64,000 nucleotides of DNA from assembly GCF_032444005.1 (NCBI RefSeq), contig NC_091287.1:418066001-418130000 (forward strand), in the 5' to 3' direction. The DNA comes from Ranitomeya imitator (lineage: Eukaryota). The position numbers and the translations under genes were made by a program. Numbering within the stretch: the stretch's first letter is position 1; each line of letters starts with the position of its first letter. Below are positions 49,493-61,400 of this stretch, one piece after another. Under the pieces are notes generated by a model that was not told where the DNA came from, searched no databases, and saw nothing but the letters and a program-made list of their open reading frames with translations.

Positions 49493-50098
49493 TATTCTAT
49501 TATGCAAAGCCGATTGTCTACCTATCCAATTTCTTTAAAAAAAATAAATAAAAACTAGCCTACTGATCCCTCACCACTCACTGGCCACCTCTTGGAACAA
49601 GAAGTGGACCCCTCTATTCTGGTCCTACAGACATGTGACCATTGCAGCAGTGATATTTTATCAGTCAGTGGTCACAGCAGTCCCTTGTTTTTGTCATCTC
49701 CAGAAGTGGAAACGAGGAGATAGGCTTGGGATTTGAGCAACGCCATGTATTGTTTTTATTTTTAAGACAATGTCATTTCCTAGATTGGAGTAAGAAAACA
49801 TCAGTAGACAACCACTTAAAAATGTAAAATATGCTAATCATTAATGTTTTCATTCCAAGAGGCTCCTTTCCCTTACTCTTGGTAAGCTTGTCCCTAATGA
49901 GGCAATTTTAAACTTCTTGGTGGAAATACTTAAGAGACTCTTTTATTCCACGCTCTCTCTTTTCTCTCTGTATTGATTAATTTTGGAGGCCATGTTTTTT
50001 TCTGGAGCGAATGATTGTTCTTTTACGGCACATATTATACGAAAAGTCTTACTGAACAGGTATAAGAAAATCTGCCATGCTTGTCAAATGTATTATTG

Positions 50099-50258
50099 AG
50101 TTTAATGGTAGAAGAAAAAACGGTATGCACTCACCAATCCCGGTAAAAACACTCCTTTTTATTGAAACACTCCTTCATTGGAACCTTTTATTAAAATAAA
50201 GGAGTGTTTTTACCGGTATTGGTGAGTGCATACCGTTTTTTTCTTTTACCATTGAACT
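50099..50258. repeat. ~60-bp inverted repeat, Penelope-like tail-to-tail terminus or small MITE
   Basis: Arms 50099-50159 and 50197-50258 are near-identical inverted copies containing AATAAAGGAGTG...GGTGAGTGC. Confidence 0.55.
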
Positions 50259-52123
50259 TTGCATATGACTATTGGTGTTGCACCCGAATCTCCCGACCTT
50301 TCTGAGGCGTTAAAAGCATCAAACAGCATTGAAAGGCACAGGAGGGTCGCAGTGAATCAGCGGTGCGGATAAGCTTATCTTTTCTCTTTCTTGGACAAAT
50401 GTATTGTTGCAAATTTATCAGTCAGATTTCTTTTGTAATCATAATAATAATTTTATTTCTATAGCGCCGACATATTCCGCAGCACTTTACATTTTAGATG
50501 GGACTTGTACAGGCTAAATAAACATTACAGCATAACAATAAATGCATAGATCACAACAGATACCAAGAGGAGTGAGGGCCCTGCTCACAAGCTTACAATC
50601 TGAGGAAAGGGGGAGACACGAAAGATGGATGGTAACAATTGCTTTAGTTCGGACCAGCCATAGTGTAAGAATCGGGTGTTCATGTAATGCTGCATGATCA
50701 TAATAATCATGAAATACAGTAGCTGTACAGTTGAGTATGTGTCAAGTTTACCAAATATGACATTATAACTGATAGGATGTTGCTTTTTTATCAATGTTTT
50801 TTATTCTTACATCACTGCTAAATGTACCTATCTGTTTTGTGCACTAGACAGATTTTGTCAAGGAGCTTTTGTCATTTTCCAGTTGGATGATTGTGTTTTT
50901 AAGTTGAACTTCCATCGATCTTTGTGGAAATTGTATGTGAGCTATCAACATGGATGCATGTGGACAAATGACGTGTTCATAAACAACCGGAAAACCTTGA
51001 GATGGTTGTTGTTTTGCGTTTTGCCATAGTTACTCTTTTAGTAAAGATGTAACAATGGATTTGGCTTATCCAAAAACATCTGTCTTGTACATCTGCAGTT
51101 AAAGTTATATTGCATGGAAACTGTATTACGTAGTCATTGTTATGCAGGACATAAATATTCAGAAGATTGTGTACAGCCTTCCAACAAACAATGTAAGTTA
51201 TGGATATCCTCCCATTTTACTTTGAGATCTTTTCCCCCACATATTCTGTACACCTGACATCACCCAAAAAAAAAAAACAGTCTGATGTCCTATAAAGTTA
51301 CCAATCTTGTGTATTGGCAAAAATACCACACAATGCCACAGTATTTCCATGCATGGCACAAGGATACACAGTATGATCACATTTCTTGATCTTCATCCTT
51401 TAAATAAGTGTGGGAGCATGCAAAATAACCCGGGTAAATTAAACCCCACTAATTATATATGGACCTTTGAGGCAATTCTACAAAGATCTATAATATAGTC
51501 CCTGAGGGGTAATTTCAGAGTCTACAGCTATTTTCATGTTTGTTTGGGTTTTTTCCCCTTAAGACTATATCTAACATAAACGGAGAAAACGTTTAGCAAT
51601 AGAGCGGCAGTCACTAAATTAAGGGATGGTCTTTTTGTTTTGTAAGGGCACTTTTTTCTTTATGTAAGAGAATAAAGATTAAAATAATTTTTATTAAGTT
51701 GGACGCATATTATAAATGTGGTGTTAAATTCCTCCGTAAACATTAGATGACCAACCGACCCTGCCAACATTTTTCTAATGTGTCTGGTGGGCATTAGTCT
51801 TTTCCATGGTCCTTACTAATTGGGAGAGGAACAACTCTTCAACTACCAGCCTGTTATTATTCTGTACTCTCTTTTGTATGAACTGTGGCCACTGAAAATA
51901 ACTACGGTACATACGGTAAATGTTTTTTTAGTTTTTTTCGTTTCTGCCCAATCTACTAGAACCTTTAAATAATCTTAACCACTTGTGGACACAGACAGAT
52001 AAGGGCCCCTGCGCAAGAAAAATACAGTTGTGTGACAGTGTTTGCCCCCTTAATGATTTCCTATTGTTTTGCATGTTTGTCACACATAAATTTGTTTAGT
52101 GATCTGAAAACATTTAAATCTTA

Positions 52124-52848
52124 AGGTACCTTCACACATAACGATATTGTTAACGATATCGTTGCTATTTGTGACGTAGCAACGATATCGTTAATGAAAT
52201 CGTTATGTGTGACAGCGACCAACGATCAGGCCCCTGCTGGGAGATCGTTGGTCGCTGAAGAAAGTCCAGAACTTTATTTCGTCGCTGGACTCCTGCTGAC
52301 ATCGCTGGATCGGCGTGTGTGACACCGATCCAGCGATGTCTTCACTGGTAACCAGGGTAAACATCGGGTAACTAAGCGCAGGGCCGCGCTTAGTAACCCG
52401 ATGTTTACCCTGGTTACCATGCTAAAAGTAAAAAAAAACAAACACTAGATACTTACCTACCGCTGTCTGTCCTCCAGCGCTGTGCTCTGCACTCCTCCTG
52501 TACTGGCTGTGAGCCGGAAAGCAGAGCGGTGACGTCACCGCTCTGCTTTCCGGCTCCCAGCCAGTACAGGAGGAGAGCAGAGAAGCAGAGCGCAGCGCTG
52601 GAGGACAGACGGCTGTAGGTAAGTATGTAGTGTTTGTTTTTTTTTACTTTTAGCATGGTAACCAGGGTAAACATCGGGTTACTAAGCGCGGCCCTGCGCT
52701 TAGTTACCCGATGTTTACCCTGGTTACCGGCATCGTTGGTCGCTGGAGAGCGGTCTGTGTGACAGCTCTCCAGCGACCAAACAGCGACGCTGCAGCGATC
52801 CGGATCGTTGTCGGTATCGCTGCAGCGTCGCTTAATGTGAAGGGGCCT
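52124..52848. mobile_element. Harbinger MITE inserted in the left IR of a Tc1 element
   Basis: TTA TSD (52121-23, 52849-51), large internal inverted repeats and TIR AGGTACCTTCACA. Confidence 0.8.
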
Positions 52849-53377
52849 TTAGACAAAGATAACACAAGTAAACATGAAATGCAGTTAAATGAGGGCATGT
52901 ATTATTAAGGGAAAAAGAATTCAAAACCTACAGGGCCCTATGTGAAATAGTAATTGCCCTACCCCCACCCATTCTCCCCCTAAAACATAAATTAACTGTG
53001 GTTTATTACATCTTTGGGAAGCGGAGTTCAAATTGCCTAACCAAAAGTTCCTCAAAAGCTAGACATAATGCCGCAATCCAAAGAAATTCTGGAACAAATG
53101 AGAAACAAATTAATTGAGATCTATCAGTCTGGAAAAGGTTATAAAGCCATTTTGAAAGCTTTGGGACTCCAGCGAACCAGAGTGGGAGCCATTATCCACA
53201 ATTGGCAAAACCATAGAAGAGTTGTGAAACTTCCCAGGAGTGGCCACCCAATCAAAATTACCCCAAGAGCGCAGCAGCAACTCATCCAAGAGGTTACAAA
53301 AGACTCAACAGCAGCATCCAAAGAACTGCAGGACTCACTTGCCTCAGTTAAGGTCAGTGTTCATGACTCTACCATAA

Positions 53378-53501
53378 GGCCGGGGTATGTATTTCTATGC
53401 AGCCACACACTTCGGTCCCGAGTGCCGACAGCAGTGCTGAGTATTGATGCGAAAGACTCGCTCGAGTTTCTCGCATCACACTCACAAGTGTGACCCCGGC
53501 C
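53378..53501. mobile_element. Internally deleted Harbinger MITE (same family as 16703-16872) in a Tc1 transposase
   Basis: Ends GGCCGGGGT / GTGTGACCCCGGCC and TAA TSD. Removing it restores the Tc1 frame STIRKRL. Confidence 0.8.
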
Positions 53502-56500
53502 TAAGAAAGAGACTGAACAAAAATAGTTTGCATGGCAGAGTTCCAAGCCGAAAACCACTGCTAAGCAGTAAGAACATAAAGGCTCATCTCAGTTTTGCCA
53601 GAAAACATCATTGTGATCCCCAAGACTTTTGGGAGTATATTCTATGGACTGACAAGACAAAAGCTGAACTTTTTTGGAGGGTGTATGTCCCATTAGATCA
53701 GACGTAGAAGCAACAGCATTTCAGAAAAGGAACATCATACCAGCAGTAAACTATGGTGGTGGTAGTGTGATGAACTAAGGTTGTTTTGCTGCTTCAAGAC
53801 CTGGAAGACTTTATGTGGTAAATTAAACCATGAATTCTGCAGTCTACCAAAAAATTCTGAAGGAGAATGTCTGGCCATCAGTTCGTGACCTCAAGCTGAA
53901 GCGCACTTGGGTTATGCAGCAGGTCAATGATCTAAAACACAGTAGCAAGTCCACCTCTGAATGGCTTAAGAAAAATAAATTTAAGACTTTAGAGTGGCCT
54001 AGTCGAAGACATGACCTTAATCTAATTGAAATGCTATGGCATGACCTTAAAAAGGCGATTCGTACTCTGAAACCCTCCAATGTGTCTGAGTTACAACAAT
54101 TTTGCATAGATGAGTGGGCAAAAATTCCTCCAGAGTGTTGTAATAACTCATTGCCAGTTATCGCAAAGGCTTGATTGCAGTTGTTGCTGCTAAGGGTGGC
54201 TCAACCAGTTATTAGGTTTAGGGGCAATCACTTTTTCACACCAGGCCCTGTAGGTTTGGATTTCTTGTTCCCTTGATAATAAAGGCCTTCATTTAAAAAC
54301 TGCATTTTGTGTTCTATTTGTCTAACATTTTAAATATGTTTGGTGATCTGTAACACTGAAGTGTGACAAACATGGAAAAGAATAGGAAATTGGGCAGGGG
54401 GTAAACACTTTTTCACACTGTATATGGGCACTTTGCAGGCCTAGAGATCATTACCTCTTGGGCCTCTGTGCGGCCAGACAGGTGGTACCAATGATATGTT
54501 CACCCCTGATCTTAACCCTATCCTTTACAAAAGCTCATTATCTTCTATAAAGTATCTTTTTCCCTCCTGTATTCACTTAAATTACATAAAATGGAGTGTC
54601 TTTATAATGCACTCCCCTGCTGCATGAGAATGTAAAGTCCACAATTCACAGGTTAATGTCTTGTACAGTCTGTTTCCTTCTGTCTAAAGGTTTGCTGGAA
54701 AACGACAGTCATTTCCGTCCCTGATATAACCAAGCCTGTGATGAAACGCATGTTTGATGACTTGGAAGGGGTTCCCTAAAGACATGGGAAGGCTGTCTGA
54801 TAGTAATTTGTAGTAAAATTCCTCCGTTCCCCTGACACTTTTAAATGTTCTTGAGGAATTTTTGGTTACAATGGACCAATTGAGTTCAGACGGGAAGCGT
54901 CACTTATCCTTCAGAAAAAGAAGAGCAAGACATGTTTTACAGAAGTATTTCTTGGTACAAGCACATAACTCAACTCATTTTGCAAGTAGGAAAAAAAAAA
55001 GTACCGTACATAAAAACATTATTTCCAAATATACAGGTTTCAAGTGCACATTATTGGCCACACTAATGTTACAAGGTTTTTAAAAATATGTTAAGCTTAA
55101 ACAACTACGGTACATGTATGGTGTTAGGATTTTGTTTTCGATCGCCATAAATGAGAACATTTGGGAACTGAATTTTAACACAATCAGTATTGTTGGAAAT
55201 GGTAACATATATTCTGTGGTTTGGCACAAAAATTGTGCAGCACTTTTTAGATGTCTGGCTTATGTTTGTATTGATACCAGAAAAGTAAAGTTAAACTTTG
55301 GTAAATCTGCCCAGTGCATGTAATATGATGTTCAGTAGCCATGTTTGTAGTCCCTGGCTGCCAGGATCAAAGCATTGTGAACCAAGTTCTGCCAGCACAT
55401 CCTCTGATGCCCTGGGTGCCTTGTGCCACAAAGTAGCAATATTATGGGGCCTGTTACTCAGAAGTGGAGCCAAGAATACTGCAGCTAGTAACAGGTTCGC
55501 AGTGCTCTGGTCTGGCAACCACGGTCTACAGACATGGCCACTGGACCAAGTCTTTTGAGCTTAATTCTATTAAATACATTTTGACCACAAAACTTTAATA
55601 CACCATTGCTGGTCTAAGGCTGCAATATTGTCTGTCTGTCCATATACTGACGGTGGAAACAAATGGCACAGTGATTCCATAGTGTTGCTACCACGTCTTT
55701 CTATCAAAGGTGACAGTAGCCACCGTGATGAGCAGACATTGGTGGCATATCTTAGTGTAATGCTACTGTACCAATGTTTGATTGGTAAAAATTATCAAAA
55801 AGAATCAGAGCATTACGAAGAGCCTCCTACTTGCTGGAATTCCCAGTGCCTTTTCTGATCCGTAGACCCGAAGTGACACACTCATGACGTCATGCACCGC
55901 CTACTAATCAGAGGCACTTGGGATTCTGGCAGGTACAAATAGATTTGCAAGTGCTCTGACCTGACGGCCACAAACTACTGGCATGACTGCTTCAGGAGGG
56001 TCTTATAAGTCTTTAAATCATCTGTACTGATTGACAGATGTTCCTTGAGTACTGTTTTGTAGACAAAATAAAGGAGTTGTCCAGGTTTTATGAAAACATG
56101 GCTACTTTCTTCCAGCAGCAGCGCTAGATATGTTCTTGTGTTGTGTGTGAATGTGTGTTGCAGCTTAGAGATATTAAAGTGAATATCTGGGATTTTCTAA
56201 TCCTGTATAACCACTTTAAGTTTATATTTTCATATAAATTATCCTAACATTTTAACTGCTACAGTGTTAATGTGCACTTTATGTGTAAGCATGTCATGAT
56301 TTTGGCTTTATTTGCTATGGAAATCCCCTTCCTGGCCTTCATTCAAAGGCTTTTACGTGTGCTCCCTGAACAAGGAGCATGTGATTTGTGCTAGTCGCGC
56401 AGTGACTTCTGATGATGAGAGGTTGCATATTACCCTGCTGAACAATACAGCGGCATGTAAAAGTTTGGGCACTCCAGGTCAACATTACTGTTATTGTGAA

Positions 56501-56817
56501 CAGTTAAGCAAGTTGAAAATGAAACGTTTGGGCACCCTTGGAGATTTGTGTGCTCAAATAACTTTGACCATGGTTTCAAACTTTTATTAGCCTCTTAGGG
56601 TTATGGCTTGTTCACCATCATCTTTAGGAGAGGCCAGGTGTTACAGAACCCCCCAGCACCAAGAATGTTATGCAGTATATGCATGTATAATAGTTTCCAT
56701 GTGAAATGCATCAGTCCACAGGCTGCGCCCCTGGACAAGATATTCTCTTTCTGACCCCCCCCCCACCTTTGTAATTCCCACAGTAAATATTGGCAGGCTC
56801 CGGCCCCCTGCGGCTAT

Positions 56818-57028
56818 TGTAATGTAGGTCTGGCCTGCTGGGTTCCTATTGGCCTGCCCTGTGTATCTGTTATATATTCTGTGTGCTGTAAATAAAGGTT
56901 GTTCTTTTAGACTGGAAATACGTGGAATAGCAGTCAGCTTTTATATGCTCTCACGTAATCAAGGAATTCCAGACTGAAACACGGGGTGGTACTGAAAGAG
57001 GTACCCCAGCTTGGTAGACCCCATTACA
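56818..57028 (+). mobile_element. Possible solo LTR fragment
   Basis: TGTAATG...CATTACA inverted ends and an internal AATAAA. No matching TSD seen. Confidence 0.35.
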
Positions 57029-57139
57029 CCAGGAAATGCATATTCCCCAGCTTTATAAAAACCCAGCCGCCTCTAACCTTGTGCCAAAAACAGGAGCCAT
57101 GGGTTCTTCTAAGCTGCTGCCAGGCAGTAAGTAAGCATC

Positions 57140-58030
57140 TGTAAGAAGATGGCAAAGTGTTTTCAAGTTTCCCTTTAATCAGTGCGAAATGTAATTAAGA
57201 AATGGCAGTTAACAGGAAAAGTGGAAGCCAAGATAAGGTCTGGAAGACCAAGAAAAATTTCAGTGAGAGCTGCTCGTATGATTGCTTGACAGGTAAATCA
57301 GAAACCCCACTTGACTGCAGAAGACCTTCAGAAAGATTTAGCAGACTCTGAAGTTGTGGTACCTTGTTCTACTGTTCAGATACACCTGCACAAATATGGC
57401 CTTCATGGAAGAGTCATCAGCAGAAAACCTCTCCTGCATCCTCACCTTGAAGTCTGCAAAAGAACATCTAAACAAATCTTGATGTATTTTGAAAACTAGT
57501 CCTGCAGACCCATGAAGTTAAAATAGAACTCTTTGGCCACAATGATCAGTGTATATGTGTAAAAAAAAAAAAAAAGGGCACAGAATTTAAGGAAAAGATC
57601 ATCTCGCCAAGTATTAAGCATGGGGTGGATCAATCATGCTTTCGGGTTGTGTTGCATCCAATGGCACGAGGAACATTTCACGGGTAGAGGGAAGAATGGA
57701 TTCAAGTACCGTATATACTCGAGTATAAGCCGAGACTTTCAGCCCATTTTTGGGGGGCTGAAAGTCCCCCTCCAGGCTTATACTCGAGTCATACCCAGGG
57801 GTCGGCAGGGGAGAGGGAGCAGGGGCTGCACCTCAAAATAGCAGTGCATGCAAAACAACCCAGGAATCTCACAGAACTGGAAGAATTTTCCAAGTAAGAA
57901 TGGATGAAAATCCCTCAAACAAGAATTGAAAGACTCTTGTCTGGCTTCAAAAAGCGTTTACAAGCGGTGATGCATTCAAAAAGGGGTGCTACTAAATACT
58001 CTCCATGCAGGGTGTTCAAACATTTGCATC
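57140..58030 (+). mobile_element. Decayed Tc1 fragment interrupted by a Tc2/Kanga-type end (57709-~57835)
   Basis: Remnants KYGLHGRVISRKPLL, KHGVGSIML and KIPQTRIERLLSGFKKRLQAV. The insert begins TA|CCGTATATACTCGAGTATAAGCCG. Confidence 0.75.
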
Positions 58031-58111
58031 AGCTCTTTTCCTTTTTTGAAACCAGGAAGGTTTTGTGGACTTGTTCGCTCTGCTGTTTATTGAATTTGCC
58101 AATTTCAGAGT

Positions 58112-58240
58112 ATTAGACATATGGTTTTATTCAATGCTTTTCGAACTATCATACACTTCATCAGGAATTTTTTTTTTATTTTCCTGAGGAAGAAGTGCAT
58201 TATACTTTTCAAACTTGTCAAATAAAACCATATGTCTAAT
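58112..58240. repeat. Inverted pair of Penelope-like termini with degenerate hammerhead cores
   Basis: Arms share AATAAAACCATATGTCTAAT. CTGATGA (minus, 58164-58158) and CTGAGGA (plus, 58184-90) are each followed by a GAAA or decayed GAAA. Confidence 0.55.
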
Positions 58241-58495
58241 TAATTTTCTGAAATTGACGTCTTCAATAAACAGCAGAGCGAACAAGTCCACAAATCCTTC
58301 TTGGTTTGTATTGCAAACAGTGTAAAGACCCGTGGATCACCATCAGCTAAATAATATTCTAAAATGCACAATTCTATGGATCAGGATAGCCTTATTTGCA
58401 ATTCTTAATTCTGGATGTTTATCAGATAAGACCCTATTGTGCTATTTTTTTTTTTCTCTAGCCGGTCTACTCCATTTTCCTTTTTGTAATTTTAA

Positions 58496-61400
58496 CCCCT
58501 TCCCGACCCATGACGCCACGTAGGCGTCATGAAAGTCGGTGCCATTCCGACCCATGACGCCTATGCGGCGTCATGGAAAGATCGCGTCCCTGCAGATCGG
58601 GTGAAAGGGTTAACTCCCATTTCACCCGATCTGCAGGGACAGGGGGAGTGGTAGTTTAGCCCAGGGGGGGTGGCTTCACCCCCTCGTGGCTACGATCGCT
58701 CTGATTGGCTGTTGAAAGTGAAACTGCCAATCAGCGATTTGTAATATTTCACCTATTATAACGGGTGAAATATTACAATCCAGCCATGGCCGATGCTGAA
58801 ATATCATCGGCCATGGCTGGAAATACTAATGTGCCCCCACCCCACCCCACCGATCGCCCCCGCAGCCCCCCGATCTGGCCGGTACACTGCTCCGGCTCCC
58901 CTCCGTCCAGTGCTCCGCTCCCCCCCGTGCTCTTGTCCGCTCCCCCCGTGCTCCAATCACCCCCCCGTGCTCCAATCACCCCCCCTGCACTCCGATCCAC
59001 ACCCCCCGGTGCTCCGTTCCACCCCCCCGTGCTCCATTCCAGCCCCCCCGTGCTCCGTTCCACCCCTCCCGCGCTCCGATTCCCCCCCCGTGCTCCGATC
59101 CCCCCCCCCCCGTGGTCCCCCCGCACCCCGTGGTCCCCCCCACCCCATCATACTTACCGATCCAGCCGGGGTCCCGTCCGTCTTCTCCCTGGGCGCCGCC
59201 ATCTTCCAAAATGGCGGGCGCATGTGCAGTGCGCCCGCCGAATCTGCCGGCCGGCAGATTCGTTCCAAAGTGCATTTTGATCACTGAGATATAATCTATC
59301 TCAGTGATCAAAATAAAAAAAATAATAAATGACCCCCCCCCTTTGTCACCCCCATAGGTAGGGACAATAAAAAAATAAAGAAATTTTTTTTTTCCNNNNN
59401 NNNNNNNNNNNNNNNNNNNNNNNNNNNNNNNNNNNNNNNNNNNNNNNNNNNNNNNNNNNNNNNNNNNNNNNNNNNNNNNNNNNNNNNNNNNNNNNNNNNN
59501 NNNNNNNNNNNNNNNNNNNNNNNNNNNNNNNNNNNNNNNNNNNNNNNNNNNNNNNNCGTATTCTGGTCCTCTGCGGATTTTTCCGCTGCGGATTTGATAA
59601 ATCCGCAGTGCTAAACCGCTGCGGATTTATGGCGTATTTACCGCGTTTTTTTCTGCGCATTTCACTGCGGTTTTACAACTGCGATTTTCTATTGGAGCAG
59701 TTGTAAAACCGCTGCGGAATCCGCACAAAAGAAGTGACATGCTGCGGAATGTAAACCGCTGCGTTTCCGTGCAGTTTTTCCGCAGCATGTGTACAGCGAT
59801 TTTTGTTTCCCGTAGGTTTACATTGAACTGTAAACTCATGGGAAACTGCTGCGGATCCGCAGCGTTTTCCGCAACGTGTGCACATACCTTTAGAATTAGG
59901 CTATGTGCACACGGTGCGGATTTGGCTGCGGATTCGCAGCAGTGTTCCATCAGGTTTACAGTACCATGTAAACATATGAAAAACCAAATCCGCTGTGCCC
60001 ATGGTGCGGAAAATACCGCGCGGAAACGCTGCGTTGTATTTTCCGCAGCATGTCAATTCTTTGTGCGGATTCCGCAGCGTTTTACACCTGTTCCTCAATA
60101 GGAATCCGCAGGTGAAATCCGCACAAAAAACACTGGAAATCCGCGGAAAATCCGCAGGTAAAACGCAGTGCCTTTTACCCGCGGATTTTTCAAAAATGGT
60201 GCGGAAATATCTCACACGAATCAGCAACGTGGGCACATAGCCTTAGGGTTAGGGTTGGAATTAGGGTTGTGGTTAGGGTTAGGGGTGTGTTGGGGTTAGG
60301 GTTGTGGTTAGGGGTGTGTTGCGGTTAGGGTTGTGATTAGGGTTATGGCTACAGTTGGGATTAGAGTTAGGGGTGTGTTGGGGTTAGTGTTGGAGGTAGA
60401 ATTGAGGGGTTACCACTGTTTAGGCACATCAGGGGTCTCCAAACGCAACATGGCGCCACCATTGATTCCAGCCAATCTCGTATTCAAAAAGTCAAATGGT
60501 GCTCCCTCACTTCTGAGCCCCGACGTGTGCCCAAACAGTGGTTTACCCCCACATATGGGGTACCAGCATACTCAGGACAAACTGCGCAACAATTACTGGG
60601 GTCCAATTTCTCCTGTTACCCTTGTGAATCTAAAAAAATGCTTGCTAAAACATAATTTTTGAGGAAAGAAAAATGATTTTTTATTTTCACGGCTCTGCAT
60701 TATAAACTTCTATGAAGCACTTGGGGGTTCAAAGTGCTCACCACACATCTAGATAAGTTCCTTTGGGGGTCTAGTTTCCAAAATGGGGTCACTTGTGGGG
60801 GGTTTCTACTGTTAAGCCACATCAGGGGCTCTGCAAACGCAACGTGACGCCCACAGAGCATTCCATCAAAGTCTGCATTTCAAAACGTCACTACTTCACT
60901 TCCGAGCCCCGGCATGTGCCCAAACAGTGATTTACCCCCACATATGGGGTATCAGCGTACTCAGGAGAAACTGGACAACTTTTGGGGTCAAATTTCTCCT
61001 GTTACCCTTGGGAAAATAAAAAATTGCAGGCTAAAAGATCATTTTTGAGAAAATAATTTTTTTTTTTTATTTTCATGGCTCTGCGTTATAAACTTCTGTG
61101 ACGCACTTGGGGGTTCAAAGTCCTCACCACACATCTAGATTAGTTCCTTTGGGGGTCTAGTTTCCAAAATGGTGTCATTTCTGGGGGATCTCCAATGTTT
61201 AGGCACACAGGGGCTCTCCAAACGCGACATGGTGTCCGCTAACAATTGGAGCTAATTTTCCATTCAAAAAGTCAAATGGCGCGCCTTCCCTTCCGAGCCC
61301 TGCCGAGTGCCCAAACAGTGGTTTACCCCCACATATGAGGTATCGGCGTACTCGGGAGAAATTGCCCAACAAATTTTATGATCCATTTTATCCTACTGCC

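Larger units (their letters stand above)
52025..54420 (+). mobile_element. Tc1/mariner element with two nested Harbinger MITEs
   Basis: TA TSD and TIRs CAGTTGTGTGACAGTGTTTGCCCCCT / AGGGGGTAAACACTTTTTCACACTG. Transposase remnants MPQSKEI..., ILWTDKTK, MQQVNDLKH and DLNLIEMLW. Confidence 0.9.
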
